Part shown: positions 30,893 to 39,173 of the stretch, in pieces
How positions within the stretch are numbered: the stretch's first letter is position 1
How the letters are laid out: each line of letters opens with the position of its first letter
DNA from: an uncultured candidatus Porisulfidus sp.
Lineage (GTDB): Bacteria > Pseudomonadota > Gammaproteobacteria > Poriferisulfidales > Poriferisulfidaceae
DNA: 64,000 nt
Assembly (NCBI GenBank): GCA_965199755.1
Contig: CBDASZ010000001.1
Location: forward strand, 326,178-390,177
Reading direction: 5' to 3'
Program-made: the position numbers and the translations under genes
The notes under the pieces: model-generated
What the model saw: only the letters and a program-made list of their open reading frames with translations
What the model was told of the DNA's origin: nothing
Databases searched by the model: none

Positions 30893-32262
30893 GGTTCGAT
30901 TCCCAGTGTGTTGTCGTGGGCCCAGTTAGGGTCTTCCGCGCTCAGATCTCCGATGGGCGCGGCGAAGGCGTCAGCGACGATTTCCGGGATGTTGGCACCG
31001 GTGAGGGAGCGCAAGAAGGCTTCGAGATCCTGCTTTTCCTGCTCGCTCAGGCTCAGGGGGAAGATAAGGGGCGAGAGCAGTTCGTTCGGGATGCCGCCCT
31101 GATCGTAGAACTCAATCACTTCGCGTAAGGTGCTGAGTTGGCCGTTGTGCATGTATGGGGCGCTGAGTGCGATGTTGCGCAGGCTCTGGGTGCGGAACTT
31201 CCAGCGGTCGTTGGGGTTTTCAGTGACGCGATAGAGGCCGAGATCATTGGGCAGTTTCTGTTGCGTTACGGCGGCGATTTTCTCGTTGTCTACATCCACG
31301 AAAACACCCGGGGCGAGTTGTACGCGGGTGGTTTCTGATTCATTGCCAACCTTTTTGCCGAATGAGACGGCATAGCCGAGACCGGTATTGTGAAACTGCT
31401 GATCGGTGAACAGGGCGTGTTCCTTGTTGATGGTGTGACAGGCGATGCAGTTCGCCTTGCCGGAGAAGACCGAGAAGCCGCGTTTGACGGATTCGTCCAC
31501 GGCATCAGGCTGATTGCTGAAATGCCAGCGATCGAAAGGGGAGTCCCCGGTGAGCAGGGTGCGCTGATAACTGGCTAGCGCTTGTCCGATGGTCACAATG
31601 CTTGGTGTGGCACCGTCGAAGGCGCGTTCGAACAGGCCGTCGTAATCTTTCATGCGCTGAATCTTGTTAATCACCCAGCCGATCGAGGGCGCGGCCATTT
31701 CATTGTGCGCGGTGATGGGCTGCCAGACTTGGTTCTCCAGACTGAACTCGCGACCGTCCAGAAACAGTCGGATCAAATAAGCGCTGTTGTATAGGCTTGG
31801 TGAGTTGCGCAGCACGGAGCGGCCTTCGACACCGACGGCAGTACGCATTTCATTATTGGTGAAGCCCTGTTCCGGGACATGGCAGGTGGCGCAGGAGAAG
31901 GTGTCATTGATCGACAGGCGGCGATCGAAGAACAGCTTGCGACCCAGATCAATTTTGGTTCGGGTTAGCGGATTGTCAGTCGGGATGGGGACTGCGGGCA
32001 GTCCCAGAGGCGGGTTTTGCACATAGCGGATCAGATCTTTCTTGACCCCACGGCGCTTTTCCAGACTGCGAGAGCGTGTCGTATAGTCATCGCTTTCGTA
32101 GCCTTCCTTGACGTCTCCCGGACCTTGCGTGTGGGTGGCGTCAAACTGATCGGAGGCGTCGACCTCACCACTGGTTTGCGCCCAGACCGAAACGGACAGG
32201 GCACTGCCGCATGCGATGCCGAGGACGGCACAGAGAGTATCGGGCGAACGGCGCATGGCCAC
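30889..32262 (-). CDS. di-haem cytochrome c peroxidase family protein (MauG/CcpA-like)
   Basis: Two CxxCH haem motifs (CATCHVPEQGF; CIACHTINKEH), signal peptide, ~457 aa. Confidence 0.8.
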   Translation of the reverse strand: MAMRRSPDTLCAVLGIACGSALSVSVWAQTSGEVDASDQFDATHTQGPGDVKEGYESDDYTTRSRSLEKRRGVKKDLIRYVQNPPLGLPAVPIPTDNPLTRTKIDLGRKLFFDRRLSINDTFSCATCHVPEQGFTNNEMRTAVGVEGRSVLRNSPSLYNSAYLIRLFLDGREFSLENQVWQPITAHNEMAAPSIGWVINKIQRMKDYDGLFERAFDGATPSIVTIGQALASYQRTLLTGDSPFDRWHFSNQPDAVDESVKRGFSVFSGKANCIACHTINKEHALFTDQQFHNTGLGYAVSFGKKVGNESETTRVQLAPGVFVDVDNEKIAAVTQQKLPNDLGLYRVTENPNDRWKFRTQSLRNIALSAPYMHNGQLSTLREVIEFYDQGGIPNELLSPLIFPLSLSEQEKQDLEAFLRSLTGANIPEIVADAFAAPIGDLSAEDPNWAHDNTLGIEP

Positions 32263-32264
32263 GC

Positions 32265-32957
32265 TCAGCCGGATGAAGCCTCCATCAGGAGCGTTTCCAG
32301 GTCCGCAATCAGGATGTCGGCATGCAAGAACGAAACACTGTATATGTTGCGCACGCGCAAGTCCTGATCAATCAGATAGACCCGAAGCATGTGTGCGAAG
32401 TCGCCGGTGTAGTTGCCTTCCTCATCGTATTCGCGCAGGGTGTATTGCCCGTAGTCCTCCAAAATGGGTTCCAGAGTTTCGCGATCCTTGGTGGTCAGGA
32501 ACTGCCAGTCCACGCCTTCGCCACCGAGTCCCTTGCCAAACTTGCGCATGGTTTCAGGGCTGTCGCGTTCGGGATCGAAGGATATGGAGAGCAGCCGGGA
32601 GGCTTGCGCCAGTTCCGGGCGCGCTTTCAGTTTGGCGTGCAACTTGTGGAATACGGCGTTGGCCAGCGGGCAGCCGTTGAGGTCAGAGCACTTGGTGTAG
32701 ATGAAACTAAACAGTACCAGACGGTCACCCATCAGATCGAACAACTGGGTGGATTGCCCGTCTTCTTTCAGCACACTGCCGTCTGCGGCCTGCATGATGG
32801 GCGGCAACTGGTAGGTGCCTGGGGCGGGTGGCTCGTAGCTGAGTGTGCGCCATCCGGGCGCGAGAATTTCGTCGCGGCGATCAGAGGCGACCGCGGTGAG
32901 GCTCAGGCATAGCAAGAGCACAGGGGCGAGGATTCGCGAGCGGGGGCAGTGTGTCAT
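32265..32957 (-). CDS. SCO1/SenC-family copper chaperone-like protein
   Basis: Internal start MTHCPRSRILAPVLLLCLSLTAVA (signal); thioredoxin-fold with Cys-pair region FSFIYTKCSDLNGCP. Weaker than the canonical CxxxCP motif, so assignment rests partly on conserved mtoX context. Confidence 0.55.
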   Translation of the reverse strand: MTHCPRSRILAPVLLLCLSLTAVASDRRDEILAPGWRTLSYEPPAPGTYQLPPIMQAADGSVLKEDGQSTQLFDLMGDRLVLFSFIYTKCSDLNGCPLANAVFHKLHAKLKARPELAQASRLLSISFDPERDSPETMRKFGKGLGGEGVDWQFLTTKDRETLEPILEDYGQYTLREYDEEGNYTGDFAHMLRVYLIDQDLRVRNIYSVSFLHADILIADLETLLMEASSG

Positions 32958-33078
32958 GGTCGGGAAAGTGGTATGTGTTTGACTATTGTATGTTGCGGTA
33001 GTTCCAAAAACAAAAGCCGCCCCTCGCGGGGCGGCTCTGTAGTGCCAGAGTCGAAGTCGTGAGACTTCGACGGAATCT

Positions 33079-34419
33079 TTATTCCGCGCTGGCGACGCGG
33101 TTGTCGTCAGGACGTTTGCCGTACAGGGAGTAGGCACCAAAACGCATCTGATGCGACCGTCCGAGTTTCTCGGCATAGAAGTCAATCGTCCACTGATGGG
33201 CTAGTGCCTCGCCGTCCCAGTGGTACAGCTTGACGTACTGCTCATCCGCTTCTCCGGCCTTGTCCCAATTGCCTAGCAGGGAACTGGAGAAATAGACACG
33301 CTCACCGTCCCAGCTTTGCGAGACCATGTTGACTTGTGAGCCGATCGCTTCCTCAAACACCTGATGCGGTGCATGCGGATCAGAGATGTCGAAGAAACGG
33401 GTCTTGCCGTCCATGAACGTGTTGATCCACAGGCCGTTGTCGTCCGCGGTGATGGAGATGTCTACCGGCAGAGGCACAGCGGAAGGCTCTCCGACGGAAG
33501 CAACAGCTTTGCCTTGCCATTCGCCGCTCTCATCTTCGTACAGCAGCCAGAGCTGAGAGGTCAGCGCGGTGGTGGTGAAGCAGTAGCGGTGATTCGGATC
33601 CCAGGCACAACGAATTTCGAGCGGGGCACCGGGCACGTCGAGTACCTTTATCGGGTTGCGCGTGTGCATGTCCCAGACCACCATGGTGTTGCCGAAACGC
33701 TGCATGGCTTCGCTGTCCTGCAGCATCTGGCCGAAGTCCATCATGTAGTTGGACCAGCCGGTGAAGGATGAGGTGAGCATGACATTGCTTTCCGCCTTCA
33801 CGCGCACATCGTAGCCATAGCCGTCGGCGTGCTGGCCAGTTTTGACAGCGCCGCGCAGGTCTTCATCAGTCGGCATCCAGTGTGATGCGACAAACTCGCC
33901 GGCGTTGTTGTATTCCGCCAGTCCAGTGCGTCCGCCGTGATCAGCGTTGTTGGACAGTGCCGAGATCATGACTCGGCCGGGCAGAGCGTAGAAGGTGTGC
34001 GGGCCAACCATGCCGCCGGTTTTCTCGACGAAGTCGGTGATGACCTTGTGCAGGCTCGGCTGACGCGGGTTGCTGTGAATGTCAAACACGAAAATCTTGT
34101 TTGAGTCCAGACCGCCGGCCCACAGATATTTGCGGTCATCGGATAGTCCAGAGTGATGTGCCTCGTTACGGCCACCGACTGACAGCACGCTGACAATGGA
34201 GCCATAAGTAGCGGAGTCGGGGTTGGTGTCGATGGTGACCAGTTTGTCCTGCTCGTCACCGATTCCTTCAACACCCAGCGTCCAGACATAAACGTAGTCT
34301 TCCTGGCCTTGAATCTTGGCGATGTAGGGGGACATGCAGGTCTCATCCGCGTGTGCTGGCATTGTCCAGACCATTGCGGCCGCCATCACCAGGCCCGTGC
34401 TAAATAGAGTTTTCTTCAT
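33079..34419 (-). CDS. mtoX: selenium-binding protein (SBP56) family; putative Cu-dependent methanethiol oxidase
   Basis: Start MKKTLFSTGLVMAAAMVWTMPAHA (signal; GAGGAAA RBS upstream) preferred over table start 34482. Body matches SBP56 family over ~440 aa (YVYVWTLGVEG..., beta-propeller repeats). Genomic association with SCO1/senC and mauG as described for Hyphomicrobium mtoX. Confidence 0.8.
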   Translation of the reverse strand: MKKTLFSTGLVMAAAMVWTMPAHADETCMSPYIAKIQGQEDYVYVWTLGVEGIGDEQDKLVTIDTNPDSATYGSIVSVLSVGGRNEAHHSGLSDDRKYLWAGGLDSNKIFVFDIHSNPRQPSLHKVITDFVEKTGGMVGPHTFYALPGRVMISALSNNADHGGRTGLAEYNNAGEFVASHWMPTDEDLRGAVKTGQHADGYGYDVRVKAESNVMLTSSFTGWSNYMMDFGQMLQDSEAMQRFGNTMVVWDMHTRNPIKVLDVPGAPLEIRCAWDPNHRYCFTTTALTSQLWLLYEDESGEWQGKAVASVGEPSAVPLPVDISITADDNGLWINTFMDGKTRFFDISDPHAPHQVFEEAIGSQVNMVSQSWDGERVYFSSSLLGNWDKAGEADEQYVKLYHWDGEALAHQWTIDFYAEKLGRSHQMRFGAYSLYGKRPDDNRVASAE

Positions 34420-34606
34420 GAGTTTCCTCGTAGGTTGTGCGTTGTTATCCTGGCGATTGGGACCGTGCCACGAGCGACGCACGCAGCCTCCCGAATTGCC
34501 TGCCCCCCATTATGGCGTAATCTGGGCGGGCGTCAAGTGCGGGCGCGAAAGGCAATGTGATAGTATCGGGTGGCGAAACCCAAGGGTGCCCACATCAGGC
34601 GAAATA

Positions 34607-35335
34607 ATGCACGAAGGAGCCGTATCCGTTCATTCCGAATTTCGGAAATCGAGAAAGCGTCGAGTTCGCCGTGGCGAAGCCACGAACGATCTGGTAGTCA
34701 GCGCAAGCGCGGAGGGGAATGAGCAAGTATTTCCACGCATTCTTGATCTTTATGTGGGTTCGGGGAGCGTGGTCGCTGACGTGACTTATGGCAAGGGAGT
34801 CTTCTGGCGTCACGTGCCTGACGACAAGTACACACTTCTGCCGAGTGACATTCAGGACGGGGTCGATTGCCGCAAACTGCCGTATAGAGACGGGGAGATT
34901 GACTGTGTGATTTTTGATCCGCCTTATATGCACTCACCAGGCGGGACCGCCCACGAGGGCCATACCCCGTTCGAAGAGCACTACCGCAATAACGGCACGG
35001 GCAATCAGACGGCCAGCAAGTATCACGAGGCTGTGCTCGACTTGTATCAGGATGGTGGGAGTGAGGCGTGGCGCGTTTTGCGGGAGCGGGGTGTGCTGAT
35101 CGTCAAGTGTCAGGACGAGGTGTGTTCCAATCGCCAGCGATTCACGCATGTCGAGATCATGCAGATGTATGAAGAGATGGGTTTTGTGGCCGAAGATTTG
35201 TTCGTCGTGATGCGCAAAAATCGCCCAGGAGTGAGTCGTGCTGTTCGGCAGGTGCACGCGCGCAAGAATCACTCTTACTTTCTGGTGTTTTGGAAGCGTG
35301 ATGCGACGAAGCGGCGCTGGAATCCTCCGAAATGA
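34607..35335 (+). CDS. small SAM-dependent methyltransferase with motif I (LDLYVGSGS) followed ~50 aa later by DPPY; gamma-like order; putative DNA N6-adenine/N4-cytosine MTase
   Basis: ILDLYVGSGSVVADVTYGKG ... DGEIDCVIFDPPYMHSPGG. Only ~242 aa, so no obvious target-recognition domain. Start 34607 chosen because table start 34334 would overlap the divergent mtoX start. Confidence 0.55.
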   Translation: MHEGAVSVHSEFRKSRKRRVRRGEATNDLVVSASAEGNEQVFPRILDLYVGSGSVVADVTYGKGVFWRHVPDDKYTLLPSDIQDGVDCRKLPYRDGEIDCVIFDPPYMHSPGGTAHEGHTPFEEHYRNNGTGNQTASKYHEAVLDLYQDGGSEAWRVLRERGVLIVKCQDEVCSNRQRFTHVEIMQMYEEMGFVAEDLFVVMRKNRPGVSRAVRQVHARKNHSYFLVFWKRDATKRRWNPPK

Positions 35336-35826
35336 ATTCCGTTGAACTGCTGGTCGAGATAATCAAGGAGCATGCACCGGAAGACATTTGGCAAGCCTCT
35401 CCGCTCATAGGGTATCGTTTGCTCGGCAACACAAACAGGGGCGAGATCGGAGAGGAGTTTATCTGCAGGTATTTGCGTGCCGCTGGGATTGAAGCCACGG
35501 GCGGTGGACGGGTGGCTGCAACTGATATGACCATTGGAGAATTTAGATTTGAAGTGAAAACAGCCTCTCTCGGAGCAAAAGGAGGCTTCCAGTTCAATCA
35601 TGTGCGGCTGGATCGTCGCTACGACTATCTGCTTTGCCTTGGGATCTGTCCGCAGGAAATTGTGTTCAACATGTGGAGGAAAGGAGAGGTTGCAGAAGAA
35701 CGCGCAGGGCGGCTTGTGAGGATGGCAGAAGGACAGGCCGTCACCTACAAGCTCACCAAGAAGTTGGCAGATATGCAAGCCATAGAGGAGCTGCCTAATG
35801 TTTTGCGTGATGCACTGGAGTTGTGA
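35332..35826 (+). CDS. hypothetical protein with PD-(D/E)xK-like motif (putative restriction-endonuclease-like or specificity partner)
   Basis: ATGA overlap with MTase stop; ...AATDMTIGEFRFEVKTASLG... (D-x6-E-x-K) followed by QFNHV; 164 aa; no family confidently recognised. Confidence 0.4.
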   Translation: MNSVELLVEIIKEHAPEDIWQASPLIGYRLLGNTNRGEIGEEFICRYLRAAGIEATGGGRVAATDMTIGEFRFEVKTASLGAKGGFQFNHVRLDRRYDYLLCLGICPQEIVFNMWRKGEVAEERAGRLVRMAEGQAVTYKLTKKLADMQAIEELPNVLRDALEL

Positions 35827-36245
35827 TGGGAAATATGAATAAAAGAGTGCGGTCAGTGAGTACTGCGTTTCGCTCTTACTTGCGCGAAGTCTCGCAGGTA
35901 CGGTTAACTGGTCAGGCGACTGAGAACAGTTATCAATCGGCGTTGAAAGTGCTTGTTGAAGTGTTAGGTGGGAATGGCGTACGTGCCCTAAATGAACCGG
36001 CACAAGTTGCTTGTGGAGCACCGGATTTGGTTGTTAGTCGTAATGATGTGCCAATCGGACACATCGAATGCAAAGATGTCGGAATTGATCTTGATCGGGT
36101 TGAAGATACTGAACAGTTGAAGCGCTATCATCAAGGACTTCCCAATCTTGTGCTGACAAACTATCTGGAATTCCGCTGGTATGCCGATGGCGAACTGCGT
36201 GAGGTGGAGTGCCTTGGACACATAAGAAAAAAATTGTTGCGATAA
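35823..36245 (+). CDS. HsdR_N-like (Type I R-subunit N-terminal / MmeI N-terminal type) PD-(D/E)xK nuclease domain protein
   Basis: ATGA overlap with upstream ORF. GAPDLVVSRNDVPIGHIECKDVGIDLDRVEDTEQLKRYHQGLPNLVLTNYLEFRWYADGE parallels the MmeI/HsdR N-terminal nuclease signature (..vDLfwpg.lliEmKs.g.dLd.a..Qal.Y.....p.yvlv.df..frl.d), recalled from memory. Ends at an A7 run. Confidence 0.5.
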   Translation: MMGNMNKRVRSVSTAFRSYLREVSQVRLTGQATENSYQSALKVLVEVLGGNGVRALNEPAQVACGAPDLVVSRNDVPIGHIECKDVGIDLDRVEDTEQLKRYHQGLPNLVLTNYLEFRWYADGELREVECLGHIRKKLLR

Positions 36246-36454
36246 TGTGTTCTCAAATCTCACCCTCAATATGGTCAGACTCTAAAGCAGACATTTTGAA
36301 GGCAAGGGCAGAGGCATTTTCAGTACTACGGGAACACTCTATGGAAGAAGTTCGCGATTTAGTTGAAGAAAAACTGGCTTTAATAAGACGCGACATCCAT
36401 AAGATTCGGGAACAAGAAGCCAAAGAGCATGAAGGCGAACAACGCTTCGAATAA
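36209..36454 (+). CDS. coiled-coil ORF in -1 frame relative to upstream ORF; possible frameshift-fusion extension
   Basis: 81-codon ORF (..EEVRDLVEEKLALIRRDIHKIREQEAKEHEGEQRFE) that would be joined to the 35823..36245 ORF by a -1 shift (or +1 A) at agAAAAAAAttg (36226-36236). Region markedly A+T-rich. Confidence 0.3.
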   Translation: MPWTHKKKIVAIMCSQISPSIWSDSKADILKARAEAFSVLREHSMEEVRDLVEEKLALIRRDIHKIREQEAKEHEGEQRFE

Positions 36455-36468
36455 GTTCGGGGGTACAC

Positions 36469-36792
36469 ATGGCCAATCAGTTCGTGACATTAACGGAACG
36501 TGCGGCGGAGCAGATCCGTCCGCAGCTACCGGAAGGCGAGGAAGGAGTCGCTTTGCGCTTGGCGGTGCGCAAACTCGAAGACGGCAGTTTCCACTACGCA
36601 ATGGGATTTGATGTGGCCAATCGTGAGGGGGACCAGACTTTCATGGCGCACAAGATACCGTTGGTGGTCGGCGCGGACTCTCTGGCGCTGGTGCGAGGGA
36701 TGACCGTGGAGTATGCGGAGCTGAAACCTGGCGAGCATCGGTTTATTTTCCTCAACCCCAACGATCCGAACTATGTTCCGCCCGAAGACTGA
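36469..36792 (+). CDS. HesB/IscA-like fold protein lacking the conserved Cys triad
   Basis: MANQFVTLTERAAEQIRPQL...GVALRLAVRKLEDGSFHYAMGFDVANREGDQTF...LVVGADSLALVRGMTVEY parallels the IscA/HesB layout but contains no cysteine; 107 aa. Confidence 0.45.
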   Translation: MANQFVTLTERAAEQIRPQLPEGEEGVALRLAVRKLEDGSFHYAMGFDVANREGDQTFMAHKIPLVVGADSLALVRGMTVEYAELKPGEHRFIFLNPNDPNYVPPED

Positions 36793-36810
36793 TCTCATTG
36801 AGACGGACTG

Positions 36811-37728
36811 ATGATGACAGGACAGGTCGGGTCATTGCTGGGCGCGGCAGTCCTATTGCTGGTACTGGGGCTCGGTGCGTGGGCGTACAGATGTCGTCTT
36901 CGGCCTTATACGGCGATTCGACATTGGGCGGACCGGATGCGCGGCGGGGATCTTTCCGCGCGGCTGGCTGTCCCGAGACGGGGCGGGTTCGCGGAACTGG
37001 CAAAAGACATTAATGTGCTGGCGGAAATGGTCCAGACCTTGTCGCGCACGACGGAAGAGCAGCTGCAGGAGTTCACCGACTACGCTGCGATGAAGGAACG
37101 CACCCGAATCTCCGGGGAGTTGCATGATTCACTGGCGCAAACCTTGGCCAGCATCAAAATTCAGGTGCGAGTGTTGGACGAGACCTTGCATCAGGGCGAC
37201 GAGGAGCGCGTATGGCAGGAGTTGGAGCAGGTCGAGAACAGTCTGGAAGAAGCGAACATTGAGTTGCGTGAATTAATTGCTCATTTCCGCGCACCGGTCG
37301 GGGAGGCCGGGCTGGTGCCGTCCGTTGAGCGGGCGGTGGAGCGGTTTCGTAGAGAGTGCCCTGGGGTGCGGGTGTTTTTGCAGAACCGGTGGGAGGAGTT
37401 GCATCTGCCGCTCGACCATGAAGTGGAGATCGTGCGCATCGTGCAGGAAGCGCTGGCTAACGTGCGCAAGCACTCTCACGCTAATACTGTGCGCATCATG
37501 ATTGACGCGGATGCGGCTCGTGGACAGGGGCGGGTGTTGGTCGAGGATGACGGAGTGGGTTTTGCGCATGCACCAGTGGAAGATGACACTGGAGCTCATG
37601 TTGGGCTGAATTTGTTGCGAGACCGTGCCAGTCGTCTGGGCGGGAGCTTGCGGGTCGAGAGTGAACTTGGAGAAGGGGTGAGAATTGCGCTGGAATTTGA
37701 GACGATGGCGCAAGAGGTGGCAGCATGA
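36811..37728 (+). CDS. sensor histidine kinase, NarX/DegS-type (HisKA_3 + HATPase), single TM + HAMP, no periplasmic domain
   Basis: TM LLGAAVLLLVLGLGAWAY, HAMP-like linker, H-box ELHDSLAQTLASIKIQV, ATPase G-boxes; 305 aa. Confidence 0.8.
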   Translation: MMTGQVGSLLGAAVLLLVLGLGAWAYRCRLRPYTAIRHWADRMRGGDLSARLAVPRRGGFAELAKDINVLAEMVQTLSRTTEEQLQEFTDYAAMKERTRISGELHDSLAQTLASIKIQVRVLDETLHQGDEERVWQELEQVENSLEEANIELRELIAHFRAPVGEAGLVPSVERAVERFRRECPGVRVFLQNRWEELHLPLDHEVEIVRIVQEALANVRKHSHANTVRIMIDADAARGQGRVLVEDDGVGFAHAPVEDDTGAHVGLNLLRDRASRLGGSLRVESELGEGVRIALEFETMAQEVAA

Positions 37729-38423
37729 GCGTTCTGAAAGTCACCGTGATTGATGATCACACGCTGTTTAGGGAAGGCTTGCAGGGTTTGCTGGAGCGTC
37801 ATGGTCTCAAGGTACTGGACTCGGTGGGTGATTCGGAGTCCGGGTACGCAGCGGTGCAGGCACGGCAACCGGATGTGGTGCTTTTGGATTTGCGATTGCC
37901 GCAGACTGATGGTCTGGAGATATTGCGTACGATGAAGGCGGACAAGGAGTGTCCGCCGATTGTGATGCTGACTACCAGTGATCATGAACAGGATCTGGTG
38001 GAGGCCTTGCGCGCGGGCGCAAGTGGCTACCTGCTGAAGGATATGGAACCAGATGATTTGGTGGCCGCGCTGCGCGCCATTGTGTCAGGAGAGACTGTGG
38101 TGGCACCGAGTTTGGCACCGGCGCTGGCGCGGGTGGTGCAGGGACACGAGCCAGCACCCGCACCGAAAGACGAAGAAGGGCTGTTTGATGCGCTGACTCC
38201 GCGCGAGCGGGAGATATTGATTCTGTTAGCGGAAGGATTGAGCAACCGTGGGATTGGCAATAGTTTGGGAATTTCCGAAGGGACGGTGAAAGCCCATGTC
38301 AAGGCGATCTTGCGCAAACTTGATGTGGCGTCGCGCGTGGTGGCGGCCGTGCTCGCGGTTGAGCACGGACTGGCCGCACCGAAAGCGATTGGTGAGATGC
38401 AGGTAGGGCGGGATAATTTTTAG
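37725..38423 (+). CDS. response regulator, NarL/FixJ family (REC + LuxR HTH)
   Basis: VTVIDDHTLFREGL...DVVLLDLRLP...LTPREREILILLAEGLSNRGIGNSLGISEGTVKAHVKAILRKL. Confidence 0.85.
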   Translation: MSVLKVTVIDDHTLFREGLQGLLERHGLKVLDSVGDSESGYAAVQARQPDVVLLDLRLPQTDGLEILRTMKADKECPPIVMLTTSDHEQDLVEALRAGASGYLLKDMEPDDLVAALRAIVSGETVVAPSLAPALARVVQGHEPAPAPKDEEGLFDALTPREREILILLAEGLSNRGIGNSLGISEGTVKAHVKAILRKLDVASRVVAAVLAVEHGLAAPKAIGEMQVGRDNF

Positions 38424-38457
38424 GTGTTGGGTGTAGCCGCTAGAGCTTGAATCTGGT

Positions 38458-38964
38458 TTGGGTTTTAGAGTTGTTATGAAACTTGTTTTTTGGTTATTGA
38501 CCGGACAAAGCTTTTCGAGACCACATCTTGCTGCAGCTTGTGCCAACGCATTACGATCAGGTCGGGCCATGACTGACCAAAACAAAACCACGCAGCTGAT
38601 TGTGCAACTCACTATAGACATCTGGGAAGAGATAACCATGCCCCCGGCTGGGTAGGCTTTGCTGCTTTCTGGGTCCACTGGAGTTTGTGATCCACCTACG
38701 ATTGCTCCACTTTCTGATACGAACAAGCTCAAGATTGATGTCGTTGACAAGCGGAAGGAACTTGATTCTTTTGATCCAGAAGGAGGTTTCCGAAAAATTG
38801 GTGTCACTGCACGCTCATGGGAACAGAGAGACAAGTCACCTCCTTCTCAAACTTCGAGAGACATGTTGAGAGATATGATTAAAAACAAAACTACAAGTTC
38901 AGTTCCTGCTTCAGATGTTTCCCTTCTAGCGCTAGACAAGCCGATAAAAGACAGTAGAGAATAA
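38458..38964 (+). other. unknown ORF pair separated by an in-frame TAG (38653-38655) in an A+T-rich islet; possible disrupted gene
   Basis: ORFs 38458..38655 and 38659..38964 are in the same frame, separated only by TAG. N-terminus MKLVFWLLTGQSFS is signal-like. No family recognised; markedly lower GC than surroundings. Confidence 0.2.
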
Positions 38965-39173
38965 GTCTGCAACAAAGAGGCTTTGGCCTATTGCCCGCTA
39001 CCAATCACATGTCTCTAGGTGGTACACAGACCGTAGGTGTGCCAGTGGGAGTTAGGGTCTTCACCCGCAAATAAAAGTCATAAATTTGTAACTCTCGCTC
39101 TATACGATGCGTCACCAGCACCTGCTTGCAGGTCTGGTCTATCTTAAATTTGCACACTCACGAGGGTTTATCC

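Noticed and set aside
34334-34606. Table start (34334) for the methyltransferase ORF
   Set aside because: Would overlap the divergently oriented mtoX start codon/RBS region. The N-terminal 90 residues are low-complexity (Ala/Gly/Cys/Arg) and precede motif I by an atypically long distance; start at 34607 chosen instead (still uncertain, weak RBS).
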